In this document: one piece after another, positions 1 to 9,892 of the stretch | Layout: every line of letters starts with the position of its first letter | How positions within the stretch are numbered: the first letter of the stretch is position 1 | DNA from: a virus | IMG/VR virus record: IMGVR_UViG_3300030098_003955 | Strand: one strand, 5' to 3' | DNA length: 64,000 nucleotides | Made by a program: the position numbers and the translations under genes | The notes under the pieces: model-generated | What the model was told of the DNA's origin: nothing | What the model saw: only the letters and a program-made list of their open reading frames with translations | Databases searched by the model: none

Positions 1-2
1 AC

Positions 3-80
3 CACTACTCTGAAGAGCAATTTGTCAACCAGTGGTTAGACATATTTTACGAAGCATCAAAAGTAACTTTTAGAGGATAG
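3..80 (+). CDS. C-terminal fragment of an upstream gene, probably a GT-B (GT4-like) glycosyltransferase; truncated by the window edge
   Basis: Open frame HYSEEQFVNQWLDIFYEASKVTFRG* ends with TAG at 78-80, 1 nt before the next ATG. It resembles the terminal helix of GT4 enzymes. Confidence 0.55.
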   Translation, partial: HYSEEQFVNQWLDIFYEASKVTFRG

Positions 81-81
81 T

Positions 82-549
82 ATGAAAATCTATATTACTA
101 TAAAAGGAACGGCTACTAAGAGCGGCTATGTTAATATCAACCCAGTGGCAAATCAATCTGGATTTGTAAAGGCTGATGTTAGAAACTTAAATGATTTTGT
201 TTCAGACAACGAGTGCACCGAAATCTTGATTGACAACGTGCTTTCATTTTTGGAAAAGAAACAGGCGTTGCAAGCCATAGACCATTGGATCAGCAAGCTA
301 CGGCACGGCGGCAAGATAATAATTAAAGATATTGACTCGTTAGAAATTTCAAGAAATTTTGTTTCTTCTACGATAAATGACGAACAATATGACGAGCTTG
401 TTCATGGAAAATTTACCCAGCCTTGGGACGTTAAGTTAAGCTCATATACGTTAGAATCAATATCCAACCAGCTATCATCTAGAAACTTGAGACTCACAAA
501 AAAAAGAATAAGAGGATTTGACTTAGTTGTTGAAGGAACTCGCCAATGA
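82..549 (+). CDS. Class I SAM-methyltransferase-like protein with degenerate motifs
   Basis: GYVNIN...ADV...EILIDNVLSFL...W..KLRHGGKIII follows the Methyltransf_11-like pattern, but the GxG SAM loop is eroded. Confidence 0.6.
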   Translation: MKIYITIKGTATKSGYVNINPVANQSGFVKADVRNLNDFVSDNECTEILIDNVLSFLEKKQALQAIDHWISKLRHGGKIIIKDIDSLEISRNFVSSTINDEQYDELVHGKFTQPWDVKLSSYTLESISNQLSSRNLRLTKKRIRGFDLVVEGTRQ

Positions 550-1349
550 AACCAATAAAAAAACAAAAGCTGACTACAGACTGTATAGATTGTGTATTTG
601 CAGATTTTGAAGAAAATTCTCAAACAAGATGCAAAATTGGAAGAATTGAAAAATATGCAGAACAAGGCTTTAATATCAATACCGTAACCGACGAAGCGAC
701 CGAAAAAAAATACAAACAAGTTGAAGGCGCTCTTTGCTCTCTAAATAGAAATGAGGACTGGATTGAGTTTGTTGTTGGCTCAGAAGATCCTTTAGAGGTA
801 GTCTATGAAGAGGCCAAAATTGCAGTCGGTTATTTCATTGATGCCTCTGGACTCTTGTCATATTCAAAGATTAAAGAAGACGTAGAGTCCACCGTAGAAT
901 CTATGCCAGAGTTGGGCAAGAAAAGTTTTATTACCATCTTCGTAGGTAAGAATATAACGGTAAATGAGATCATAGAGTTGTCTGCGACTTGTGAATCTCT
1001 CACTGGTATCACCACTAAAGTAGTTGTTGAAAACACTGCCTTGTCTATTACTAATGTTATAGATGCCTTAGACAATTCCTTCTCTACCTTAAAAAATGGC
1101 TATCTCGTCTGTGTAAAAGCAGGAGAAAAGTTCACAATTAATCCAGAAGAAAAAATAAACAACGCAATAGTGAAAGACCTCAAGAGCGTATCATACTTTG
1201 ATTCTGATGAGACATTTTCAGGATATGCTTTTTCGACCTTTATATTCAAGAACTTAAGAGGTAATCGTGGAATTCCTATAAAAGAAAAAATTGAAGAGAT
1301 GGAAAAGCACTACAATCAAAAAGGCATTTATTCTTGGTCGGAAGTATGA
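546..1349 (+). CDS. Hypothetical protein with an N-terminal Cys cluster (CxxC...C...C)
   Basis: 267-aa ORF coupled by ATGA overlaps on both sides; CIDCVF...TRC...LC. Confidence 0.7.
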   Translation: MKPIKKQKLTTDCIDCVFADFEENSQTRCKIGRIEKYAEQGFNINTVTDEATEKKYKQVEGALCSLNRNEDWIEFVVGSEDPLEVVYEEAKIAVGYFIDASGLLSYSKIKEDVESTVESMPELGKKSFITIFVGKNITVNEIIELSATCESLTGITTKVVVENTALSITNVIDALDNSFSTLKNGYLVCVKAGEKFTINPEEKINNAIVKDLKSVSYFDSDETFSGYAFSTFIFKNLRGNRGIPIKEKIEEMEKHYNQKGIYSWSEV

Positions 1350-2152
1350 ACCCAGTAGTAACGACACTGATAGCAAACTATAACCTCTCGCAATATCTAG
1401 GAAATGCAATAGATAGCGCTTTAGAGCAAACGTACTCGGTGTACAAGAACATAATTTGCATAGTAGATGACGGATCTACCGACGGCTCTTGGGATTTGAT
1501 CACAAGCTATTTTACAGACTCTTATGCCGAGATAGTTAAAGATGAAACCGAAGAGGGCGGTCTTCTTATTATAAGAGAAGACAACACAGGGCCTTATGGC
1601 TACACGACCTTGATTGCAATCAAATGCGAAAATGGCGGGCCTAGTAGGGCGAGAAACATCGGCATTGACTACACCATCGACGAAACTGATATCTACGCAA
1701 TATTAGACGCTGATGACTGGATGAAATCATCAAAGATAAACACATGTGTATCTGTGCTGAAAAAAAGCCCAATGATAGGAGCTGTCTATGCAGACTATGA
1801 CACGATTAATACTGAGACGGGTAAGGTCATACGAGAATACAAAGAGCCTTACAGTCGTGATAAATTAGTTAGAGAATGTATTGTTCATAGTGGTTCTTTG
1901 ATAACAAAACAAGCCTTGGTCAACACCAAAGAAGAAACTGGATACTATGATGAGACTATGAGGACTTGTGAAGACTACGACTTATGGATGAGGATAAGTG
2001 AAAAGTACATAATTGGGCATGTACCTTTAGCACTTACAAATGTAAGAGTCACTGGACTGAATTCTAGTTTTACGGTAGACCAGTCTGTTTGGGGAAGAAA
2101 TTGGAAACGGGTAGTAGAAAAAGCACAGCAGAGAGCAAATGGCCAGCAATAG
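1346..2152 (+). CDS. Family 2 glycosyltransferase (GT-A)
   Basis: IANYN...AIDSALEQTY, IVDDGSTDGS, GPSRARNIGI, LDADD (DxD), CEDYDLWMRI. Start moved to the ATG at 1346, which overlaps the upstream stop. Confidence 0.93.
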   Translation: MNPVVTTLIANYNLSQYLGNAIDSALEQTYSVYKNIICIVDDGSTDGSWDLITSYFTDSYAEIVKDETEEGGLLIIREDNTGPYGYTTLIAIKCENGGPSRARNIGIDYTIDETDIYAILDADDWMKSSKINTCVSVLKKSPMIGAVYADYDTINTETGKVIREYKEPYSRDKLVRECIVHSGSLITKQALVNTKEETGYYDETMRTCEDYDLWMRISEKYIIGHVPLALTNVRVTGLNSSFTVDQSVWGRNWKRVVEKAQQRANGQQ

Positions 2153-2858
2153 GTTTACTACCCAAATAAAAAACAATCATCCGGGATTGAATCCAGAAAA
2201 GCCACTTACGGTAATAATACCTATAGCTGGTATTGGCAACCGCATGAAGTCATATGGCCCAAAGTGTCTTTTAGAAGTTCCTAAGAAAAACAAAAGCATA
2301 ATAGAAGAAATAATAGCGTCAATCAAAAATATATACCCTTATTCAGACATAATTGTTTGTGTCGGATTTGAGGCAGATAAGGTCATAAAGTCGTTACTGG
2401 GCAAGGTTAGGATAGTAGAGAACAAAGATTACGACGAGACGAATATAACCGAGTCCATAAGACTATGCATGAATGTTTGCATGACCGATCACGTCATGAT
2501 AGTATACGGAGATCTCATATTTAGCCCATCCGCGATCAGCGAAATAACAAAGCACGGATCTTGCGCTCTAGTAGATAGTAAACTAAGATTTAAGGAGAGC
2601 GAGATAGGGGTTAATGTAGTTGACAAAAAGATAACTAACTTTGCCTATGGGCTAGACACGAAATGGGCACACATAATATTTTTAGAAAATGAAGAACTAA
2701 AATTTTTCAAAAAGCAGTGTGTCGAAAAAAGAAAATCAAAGCTTTATCCATTTGAAATTTTCAACAAGATACTAGACAAGGGTCTTACAATAAATGCGAT
2801 AGAGCCTAGAAATATGCGAATCAAAGAGATCGACTCTTCTAGGGACTTATTTGAATGA
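2139..2858 (+). CDS. Nucleotidyltransferase (LicC / NTP_transferase-like sugar- or phosphocholine-phosphate nucleotidyltransferase)
   Basis: IIPIAGIGNRM...PKCLL, VYGDL, C-terminal EIDSSRDL. Confidence 0.85.
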   Translation: MASNRFTTQIKNNHPGLNPEKPLTVIIPIAGIGNRMKSYGPKCLLEVPKKNKSIIEEIIASIKNIYPYSDIIVCVGFEADKVIKSLLGKVRIVENKDYDETNITESIRLCMNVCMTDHVMIVYGDLIFSPSAISEITKHGSCALVDSKLRFKESEIGVNVVDKKITNFAYGLDTKWAHIIFLENEELKFFKKQCVEKRKSKLYPFEIFNKILDKGLTINAIEPRNMRIKEIDSSRDLFE

Positions 2859-3886
2859 GAGTGATGATACAGAGTGATGGGCCTCATGCTCATTACTATA
2901 TAAGAATGGGATGGGCAAAGGTCTTTTCTGCAATCGGGTGGAATGTAAGCCTGTGGGAAAAGGATGGCAAGTCTGCCTTTGATGCGTTCGATGAGTTTGA
3001 ACCTACTGTATTTATGGGTCAAACTTACAATCTCAGCGATGCAATCATTAAGTGTATAAAAGAAAGACCTCACATGAAGGTCGTTATGAGAGCTTCTGAT
3101 TGGGGACAACTCAACGAGTCTATAGATAGAGAAAAATATCCTATTCTCAAGGCTAGTGAAGATGAAATAAGGCTAGTAGACAGACTTAAAAGACAAACCG
3201 GCAAGCCTGACTTTGTTCACAATCACTACACCCAAAAGTGGATAGAAGAGACTCATGGTCACTGGAGAGAGATAGGGGTAGAGCCTGTCTCACTCATACA
3301 TGGGGCGGATGTTTATGATTACTATAATGGCTCCTTTGATGAGCACCTAGCATCTGACGTAGCCTTTGTTGGTGGCTACTGGCCCTATAAAGCCAAGTCA
3401 TTAGATAAATATATGCTACCCATATGTGATGAAGACCTGAATGTAAAAATATTTGGAAACAACTGGCCTACACCAAAAGGATTAGGCAGGCTTTCAAACG
3501 AGAGAGTTAAAGACCTTTTCTTCTCTAGCGTTGTTTGCCCAAACGTAAGCGAGCCGCACTCACAAGACTTCGGGTATGACATTATAGAAAGACCGTTCAA
3601 GGTTTTACTGAGCAAAGGTTTTTGCATATCGGATCGAGTTCAATCTATGGAAGAAGAAGTCTTTCCTGACCAGATTGTTTATGCGGACAATCCACAAGAC
3701 TTCAAAGAAAAAATACACCACTTTGTTAAGAACCCCGAAGAAAGACAAAAGTACATCCAAAAAGGCTTTCTTGAGGTCTTGACTAAGCATACTTATTTTC
3801 ATAGAGTGTCTTTCATACTAGAAAAATTAGGATTCAAAAAAGAATCCGAGCAATGTCTTTCCATTCTAAGGGATATCATTTCATGA
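2855..3886 (+). CDS. GT-B glycosyltransferase, CgeB / Glyco_trans_1_2-like
   Basis: DVAFVGG, VKIFGNNW, ERPFKVLLSKGFCISD, KHTYFHRV C-terminal motif. Confidence 0.85.
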   Translation: MRVMIQSDGPHAHYYIRMGWAKVFSAIGWNVSLWEKDGKSAFDAFDEFEPTVFMGQTYNLSDAIIKCIKERPHMKVVMRASDWGQLNESIDREKYPILKASEDEIRLVDRLKRQTGKPDFVHNHYTQKWIEETHGHWREIGVEPVSLIHGADVYDYYNGSFDEHLASDVAFVGGYWPYKAKSLDKYMLPICDEDLNVKIFGNNWPTPKGLGRLSNERVKDLFFSSVVCPNVSEPHSQDFGYDIIERPFKVLLSKGFCISDRVQSMEEEVFPDQIVYADNPQDFKEKIHHFVKNPEERQKYIQKGFLEVLTKHTYFHRVSFILEKLGFKKESEQCLSILRDIIS

Positions 3887-4845
3887 GAGCCTTAATTACA
3901 GGTGCCTCTGGGTTTATAGGCAGAAACCTTCTTAAAAGATTACTTCTTCTCGAAAATCAATTTGAAGAAATAATCACGGTAACTAGGACTCCTTTTATTA
4001 TCCCAAACAAGAAGGTGAAAAACTTTGCGTGCGATCTTGGCGATTCTAAAAAATTTGGAATTAAAGACCCTGCTTACGCAGCTATAGCGATAGAGAAGCC
4101 AGACGTAATTTTTCATCTGGCTAGTAAGCCTGTAGTAAAGTTTGAGGACGGAGAAAATCCTTTCAAGATTGTAGACAACAACATCACGTCAACTTATAAG
4201 GTGTGTGAATATGCGCCAAAAGGATCTCGTGTCGTTATGGCGTCGTCGGTTATTGTCTACGGCGATTGGATGTTTGACGAAGATCAAAAAGACCTACTAT
4301 CTCCTCTCGTACCATACTCAGAGGAAGACAAGACCAAGCCAACATCTATTTATGGCATGACAAAAAGAGCATCAGAGAGCATACTAGATGTATATAACGA
4401 GCTAGGGATTAGCTGCGCCTCTGCGAGATTATGTGCTACAGTTGGAGAAGGTCTTACGCACGGAGTCATAAAAGACTTTATCAGAAAGCTGAATACTGAT
4501 AGTGATATGCTGGATGTGCTGGGTGACGCTCCGGGATCTACAAAGCCTTACCTACATATTGACGATGCCCTTTCTGCTCTAATCAAAATATCGCAAACAA
4601 CAGGAAATGAACACTACAATGTATGCCCTGATGACCAGATCAACATAGCAGATGTAGCAGATGCAGTCATGATAGGAACAGACATTCATAAGCCACTAAA
4701 CTGGCTTGGTGAGGGTGCGAACTGGAAGGGTGATAATAGAATAATCACAGTTTCAAATAAGAAGCTTAGATCCATAGGATGGGAGCCTAAGTTTCCTAAA
4801 TCTAAAGAAGTTATTATCGACATAGTAAGAAAGATTGGTGGATAA
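3883..4845 (+). CDS. NAD-dependent epimerase/dehydratase (extended SDR, UDP-glucose 4-epimerase-like)
   Basis: ITGASGFIG, IFHLAS, ASSVIVYG, YGMTK (YxxxK). Start moved to the ATG at 3883 (ATGA overlap). Confidence 0.9.
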   Translation: MRALITGASGFIGRNLLKRLLLLENQFEEIITVTRTPFIIPNKKVKNFACDLGDSKKFGIKDPAYAAIAIEKPDVIFHLASKPVVKFEDGENPFKIVDNNITSTYKVCEYAPKGSRVVMASSVIVYGDWMFDEDQKDLLSPLVPYSEEDKTKPTSIYGMTKRASESILDVYNELGISCASARLCATVGEGLTHGVIKDFIRKLNTDSDMLDVLGDAPGSTKPYLHIDDALSALIKISQTTGNEHYNVCPDDQINIADVADAVMIGTDIHKPLNWLGEGANWKGDNRIITVSNKKLRSIGWEPKFPKSKEVIIDIVRKIGG

Positions 4846-5523
4846 ATGGAAGGCTGGAGACAAGCTTTAGCGCAAATAGAATACGCCGAGCATACAGATG
4901 TTTATGAGTTTGGTGTCTTTACAGGAAAGTCTATCAAGTATATAAATGATGCACTTTCGCATGTTGGCAAAGATATTAGAAAAATATTTGGCTTTGATTC
5001 TTTTTGCGGACTCCCAAAAGAAACAGAAGACGAGAGAGATGAAGTCATCTCAGAGGTTGGTATATATCAGTGGAGAGAGGGCGACTTTGATTCACAAAGA
5101 CATTTTGGCGTTAGTGGAGTAGACAAAGTAATAGATTCTGTCAACTCATTTGTAAGAGAGTCTGTTCCTGAAAGTGTTGACATTGAATGGATTGCTGGGT
5201 TTTATTCTGACTCTTTGCAGGACAACATAGTCAAAGAACTGGACATGCAGCCAGCTTCTTATGTTGATCTAGATGCAGACCTATACCTATCAACAATAGA
5301 AGCTCTAGACTTTATGTTTAGAAATGGTTTGATACAGAAGGGAACTGTCATTGGATATGACGATTGGGGAGGAACTCCAAGATGGAACACACAAGAAGAT
5401 GGGGCTAGCAAAGCGCATGTAGAGATGTGTGAAAAATACAACGTAGACATGCAGCTTTTGGCAAAAATGGGAGACTCCTATCCTCACGTACAAACACTCT
5501 TCTTGGTGGACTCAATTGGCTGA
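4846..5523 (+). CDS. TylF/MycF-like sugar O-methyltransferase
   Basis: YEFGVFTGKS, FGFDSFCGLP, DLDADLYLST, GTVIGYDDW. Confidence 0.85.
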   Translation: MEGWRQALAQIEYAEHTDVYEFGVFTGKSIKYINDALSHVGKDIRKIFGFDSFCGLPKETEDERDEVISEVGIYQWREGDFDSQRHFGVSGVDKVIDSVNSFVRESVPESVDIEWIAGFYSDSLQDNIVKELDMQPASYVDLDADLYLSTIEALDFMFRNGLIQKGTVIGYDDWGGTPRWNTQEDGASKAHVEMCEKYNVDMQLLAKMGDSYPHVQTLFLVDSIG

Positions 5524-5654
5524 TGACAACAACAGAACGAATGATAATAATAATAGAACATAGAGACTCATTGCTCATGGTAACTGGTTCTCATCTTCTT
5601 ACTTTTGGTATATCAATGCTGTTGTTTTCTTTTTGCTGTAAAGACAGGGCATAA
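5523..5654 (+). CDS. Small 43-aa hydrophobic protein (absent from the ORF track)
   Basis: TGATG coupling to the upstream stop. MTTTERMIIIIEHRDSLLMVTGSHLLTFGISMLLFSFCCKDRA* fills the gap exactly up to the next gene. Confidence 0.5.
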   Translation: MTTTERMIIIIEHRDSLLMVTGSHLLTFGISMLLFSFCCKDRA

Positions 5655-6344
5655 GTGATGATAACTGACTTTTACGATAAAGCTCACTGTTTGGTTCTTG
5701 ATAAGAGATATCAAGAATTTACAGAAACATCGTTGAAAGAATTGAGATCTGTCTCCATAGAGCCGGAGCTATTCATAGCTGGGGATGGCAGTCACGATCT
5801 AACATACAATCATATAGACACAAAAGATTTGCCTAAAGTTATAGATGGAACTACAGGATATCCAACTTGGTTGAGAAGACCAAACCCATACAATGCTTGG
5901 CTATGCCATAAAAAAATGTTTGAATCGTTCCTGAAGAGTAGAGGGGAAAATCTACTTTTGCTAGAGGACGACGTTAAAATAGAAGATGACTTCCTAGAAG
6001 TATTTGGAAAAGCAGAAGAATTTTTTCAGAACAACGACTGGGACATGATTTACTTAGGTTGTTATGTCAATGACAGGAACCCAGTAGAGCCAACTAGCAA
6101 CGAACATGTCTACCGTGTAAAGGGCAGTGGTGGATTTCATGGTGTTATCATAAATAAAAGGGTTTTATCGTTATTAAACAGGTTTAATCCAATCGGGCCG
6201 TTTGACTGGATAACAGGTCAATTTATACATAAGCAAGATTGGGCGAATTGTTTTGCGATTAACCCTTGCATAATTAGCCAAAAGTCGGGATACTCATATG
6301 TAGAGGATGGTGTTCTAGACAAACCAAGCAGGTACATTGCATGA
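5655..6344 (+). CDS. Family 25-like glycosyltransferase
   Basis: AWLCHKKM, LLLLEDDV, WDMIYLG, PFDW motifs. The start is either GTG 5655 or ATG 5658. Confidence 0.82.
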   Translation: MMITDFYDKAHCLVLDKRYQEFTETSLKELRSVSIEPELFIAGDGSHDLTYNHIDTKDLPKVIDGTTGYPTWLRRPNPYNAWLCHKKMFESFLKSRGENLLLLEDDVKIEDDFLEVFGKAEEFFQNNDWDMIYLGCYVNDRNPVEPTSNEHVYRVKGSGGFHGVIINKRVLSLLNRFNPIGPFDWITGQFIHKQDWANCFAINPCIISQKSGYSYVEDGVLDKPSRYIA

Positions 6345-7327
6345 AGATATACGCGGTAACAGAAGACTCAAAGCCATTTGTAAGCTTGTCCACAGGTAAA
6401 GCCTTTAGCAACCTTTCAAGCTATTACGATTGCGAAGTACAAGTTAAAGACTTTAACTACTGGCGGAACAGAGAAATAGATTCTGACTCTGGTAACGATG
6501 TGGTAGTAATATTTGAGTCTGTATATCTCGAACTAGCTGGAATGAGCACTAGGGACTTGAGAGAGTACTACCCTAATGCCAAATTTGTAGCTATGGGAAG
6601 TGACACAATCTACTATCTAGTGACTAACAAGAACAATGGCTATCAATTTGATAGTCCGTTTGAGGTTGACTTGTTCTTGGAAAAGATGGAAGACTGCATA
6701 GATCAATATAGAGCTAGAGGGATCAATGTAGACCATTGGATGTGGACAGCCTCTGACTGGCTATTAGATTATGTCCAGAAGTTTGATGAGGGCAAGAAGT
6801 TTGAAGAGAAAGAAAATGACTTCATAGGATTGTATGCACCACATACTATTCAAAGACCTAACTCCTATAGAAACAAGATGGTAAACTTTCTAGCCAGTAA
6901 AGGCAAGAAGTTTACTCAAGGAGGTGGCAGTGGGCACGACGATCCAGATGTTGACAAAATATTCCAACAGTACGCAAACAGCAAATTCACACTTGGAACC
7001 ACCTCTCATGATAACCCATTGTTTCACGGAATGAAGGGGTTTAGAGACTGGATTGGGCCGCATATGGGTTCCATGCTGATATATGATGATTATCCAGATA
7101 TCAGAAAGCACTTTCAAGGCGGCGAACTTGTACCGTTATATGAGTATGGAGTCTTTGAGGGAATATTGGCAATTCATGACCACTATTCGCAAAATACGAA
7201 CCAGTACTATGAAGTTATAGAGCACCAAAAAGCTTGGGCTCTAGACAACACAATAGAAAAACAATTAGTAAAATTATTTACTAAGCATGGGATCATAGAT
7301 GAAAGTTTTATTTCACAGCCTAGTTGA
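6341..7327 (+). CDS. Putative GT-B-like glycosyltransferase / hypothetical protein
   Basis: 328-aa coupled ORF. The C-half (YRNKMVNFL...QYANSKFTLG...KGFRDW...MLIYDD) resembles Glyco_trans_1_2. Confidence 0.55.
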   Translation: MKIYAVTEDSKPFVSLSTGKAFSNLSSYYDCEVQVKDFNYWRNREIDSDSGNDVVVIFESVYLELAGMSTRDLREYYPNAKFVAMGSDTIYYLVTNKNNGYQFDSPFEVDLFLEKMEDCIDQYRARGINVDHWMWTASDWLLDYVQKFDEGKKFEEKENDFIGLYAPHTIQRPNSYRNKMVNFLASKGKKFTQGGGSGHDDPDVDKIFQQYANSKFTLGTTSHDNPLFHGMKGFRDWIGPHMGSMLIYDDYPDIRKHFQGGELVPLYEYGVFEGILAIHDHYSQNTNQYYEVIEHQKAWALDNTIEKQLVKLFTKHGIIDESFISQPS

Positions 7328-8324
7328 TTACGAAGATCTTCCTGAGTACGGTCACAGACTAGACTACTTGGCTGATTCTGTCTTTCATGGGTTTAGGGAT
7401 CTTCTTGGAGAAGATGCTGTTGATTACCCAAAGATGGAACACATGTACAAGGAGAACTTTTCTCTTGTAAAGACAGACAAGTGCAAGGGCTTTAGTCTGT
7501 ACAATAGACTGGATGATATACCAGTTGATAGAGAAGACATTGAGCAAAAGATAAGAAACAACTACTTTGACATTGTTGTAGTTGCAATACATCACAGCTA
7601 CCTGTCAAATAGAGAAGCTGTAATAAGAATAATTGGCGAGATAGAACATCTAAACCCTCACCAAAAAATAGCTTTGCTCGACGGCAATGACTCACAAGGT
7701 GATGACCATGAGCTGTTTGGCTTAGCTCGATACTACAAACGAGAGATGAAGGGTGCGAATAGACACCTATGTCTTCCAATAGCTTTTTCGATACCAGAGT
7801 CTGTAGTGGTTGACGAAGTGCCGGAGAAGACAAAAGACTTTGCCACTATTGTACCATCCTTCATGAGGCATCCTCATTGGGCTACTTATGTCTTTGATGA
7901 AGAAGAGAAATACTTTGCAGACTATGAAAATAGTTTTTATGGATTTACTTGCAAGAAAGGCGGATGGGATTGTCTACGCCATTACGAGATATTAGCGCGT
8001 GGATGTGTTCCTTTCTTTACAGATCTAGAGCAATGCCCAGACCTAACCTTATTTAACTTTCCTAAAAATCTAACAATATTAGGTAAACAAATCCAAGGAC
8101 TAGAGCCTTGCCTTGTAGATGGTTCTAAGTATGATCCAAATCATAGCTTTATAGGTACTTGCATGAATTCATTATGCACCTATAATCACAAGATAAATCA
8201 CTCTGTCTTTAATAAAGACATGTATTACGAAATAGCAAACGAGCTATTAGATTACACTAGATCAAAATTGACAACTAAGTATATTGCAAAATATATTATC
8301 GAAACGATAAAAATTGGAGTTTAA
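7299..8324 (+). CDS. Putative glycosyltransferase (GT-B-like)
   Basis: DYLADSVFHG, LLDGND, YYKRE, SFYGFTCKKGGWDCLRHYEILARGCVPFF. Confidence 0.65.
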   Translation: MKVLFHSLVDYEDLPEYGHRLDYLADSVFHGFRDLLGEDAVDYPKMEHMYKENFSLVKTDKCKGFSLYNRLDDIPVDREDIEQKIRNNYFDIVVVAIHHSYLSNREAVIRIIGEIEHLNPHQKIALLDGNDSQGDDHELFGLARYYKREMKGANRHLCLPIAFSIPESVVVDEVPEKTKDFATIVPSFMRHPHWATYVFDEEEKYFADYENSFYGFTCKKGGWDCLRHYEILARGCVPFFTDLEQCPDLTLFNFPKNLTILGKQIQGLEPCLVDGSKYDPNHSFIGTCMNSLCTYNHKINHSVFNKDMYYEIANELLDYTRSKLTTKYIAKYIIETIKIGV

Positions 8325-8325
8325 T

Positions 8326-9261
8326 ATGGCTAAAGTTTTAGTTACTGGTGGCGGCGGATATGTAGGAAATGTTCTTTGCAGACATTTGCTAGACAATGGA
8401 CATCAAGTAAAGTGCATTGATAATTTTCACAAGGGTCAATGTGATGCGATTATTCCATTAGCTACAAATCCAAACTTTGAGTTTGAGTATGGGGACGTTA
8501 CTATACTAGACCAGATGAAGGAGGCTGTTCATGGGTGTGATGCTATTATTCACCTTGCTGCTATTGTTGGCTTTCCGGCTTGCAAATCCCAACCCGCTTT
8601 GGCGACGGCGGTAAACGTAGAAGGCACTAGAAATATGCTTTTTGCAAGAGAAGCCTATAATCCAAAAATGCCGTTTGTCTATGCTTCTACAGGAAGCGTG
8701 TATGGCAAAGTTGAAGACTTATGTACGGAAGAGTCTCCACTGAACGCTGTGTCGCTATACGGCGTGAATAAGCGCGTTGCAGAGGAAATGGTGGCCACTC
8801 AGGAGAACACGGTTTCATTTCGCTTCGCAACTGGGTTTGGTGTTAGCCCATGTATGCGGGTCAACCTGCTTGTGAACGACTTTGTGTATCAGGCTATTAC
8901 GAATCGTATACTGACTATTTTTCAGGCAGATTTTAGACGCACATTTATCCATGTCCGTGACATGGCAAAGGCCTTTACTATGGGCTTTGAAAATATGAAT
9001 AATTGGAAACATAAAGTTTATAACTGTGGAGCAAACCATCTCAACTGGACTAAGAGAGAGCTTGCAGAGTATGTAAAAGAGCAGACTGGTTGCTTTGTCC
9101 ATTACGAAGAGATTGGCACAGACGCAGACCAAAGAGACTACGAAGTAAGCTATGACAAGCTAGAGAACGAAGGTTTTGTTTGTGATGTTGACATGAAGAC
9201 CGGAATTCAAGAACTAATCAAGGTAGCACCATTACTACAAATCAGACATCAGTACGCATAA
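8326..9261 (+). CDS. NAD-dependent epimerase/dehydratase (extended SDR)
   Basis: VTGGGGYVG, HLAAIVG, YASTGSVYG, YGVNK, RTFIHVRD. A GGAG RBS precedes the ATG at 8326. Confidence 0.92.
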   Translation: MAKVLVTGGGGYVGNVLCRHLLDNGHQVKCIDNFHKGQCDAIIPLATNPNFEFEYGDVTILDQMKEAVHGCDAIIHLAAIVGFPACKSQPALATAVNVEGTRNMLFAREAYNPKMPFVYASTGSVYGKVEDLCTEESPLNAVSLYGVNKRVAEEMVATQENTVSFRFATGFGVSPCMRVNLLVNDFVYQAITNRILTIFQADFRRTFIHVRDMAKAFTMGFENMNNWKHKVYNCGANHLNWTKRELAEYVKEQTGCFVHYEEIGTDADQRDYEVSYDKLENEGFVCDVDMKTGIQELIKVAPLLQIRHQYA

Positions 9262-9262
9262 A

Positions 9263-9892
9263 ATGAAAAGCACATCTGAAATAGGTTGGTTTCCTTTCGA
9301 CGGTAAACCTCATCATTATAATAATATACAAGGTTGGTTCAGCTTTCCGGCTGTTTATGACGAGATAGTAGAATCTTTTGACAACGCTACTTTTGTAGAA
9401 ATAGGCTGCTGGCTTGGAAAATCAACTTGCTATATGGCAGAAGCTATATCTCTAAGTCGCAAGAATATAGATTTCTACTGTGTTGACACTTGGGAAGGGA
9501 CTCCAGATGAACCAGCACACGCCTCAATGATAGAGAGCTTAGGTGGAGATATCTATTCCGTGTTTAACAATAACATGGCCTCTGCTGGCGTAAGTCATAT
9601 TGTCAAGCCTATGAAAATGACTTCAATAGAAGCCTCTACCAAATTTGAAGACAACTCCTTAGACTTTATCTTCATAGACGGTGGTCATACATACGAAGAT
9701 GTTAACAATGACATAGCTCACTGGCTACCAAAACTTAAAGATGGTGGCCGAATTGCAGGTCATGATTATTATGAATGGTCTAATGAAGAAGTTCATGATG
9801 GAGTGAAGAAGGCGGTAGCCAACTTTTTTACTAGAGAAGAAATAGAATTAAAAGCAGATTGCTGGATAACAAAACCAGATTGGAGAAAATAA
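9263..9892 (+). CDS. Class I SAM-dependent methyltransferase (Methyltransf_24-like)
   Basis: VEIGCWLGKST, VDTWEG, DFIFIDGGHTYE, GGRIAGHDY. Confidence 0.9.
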   Translation: MKSTSEIGWFPFDGKPHHYNNIQGWFSFPAVYDEIVESFDNATFVEIGCWLGKSTCYMAEAISLSRKNIDFYCVDTWEGTPDEPAHASMIESLGGDIYSVFNNNMASAGVSHIVKPMKMTSIEASTKFEDNSLDFIFIDGGHTYEDVNNDIAHWLPKLKDGGRIAGHDYYEWSNEEVHDGVKKAVANFFTREEIELKADCWITKPDWRK

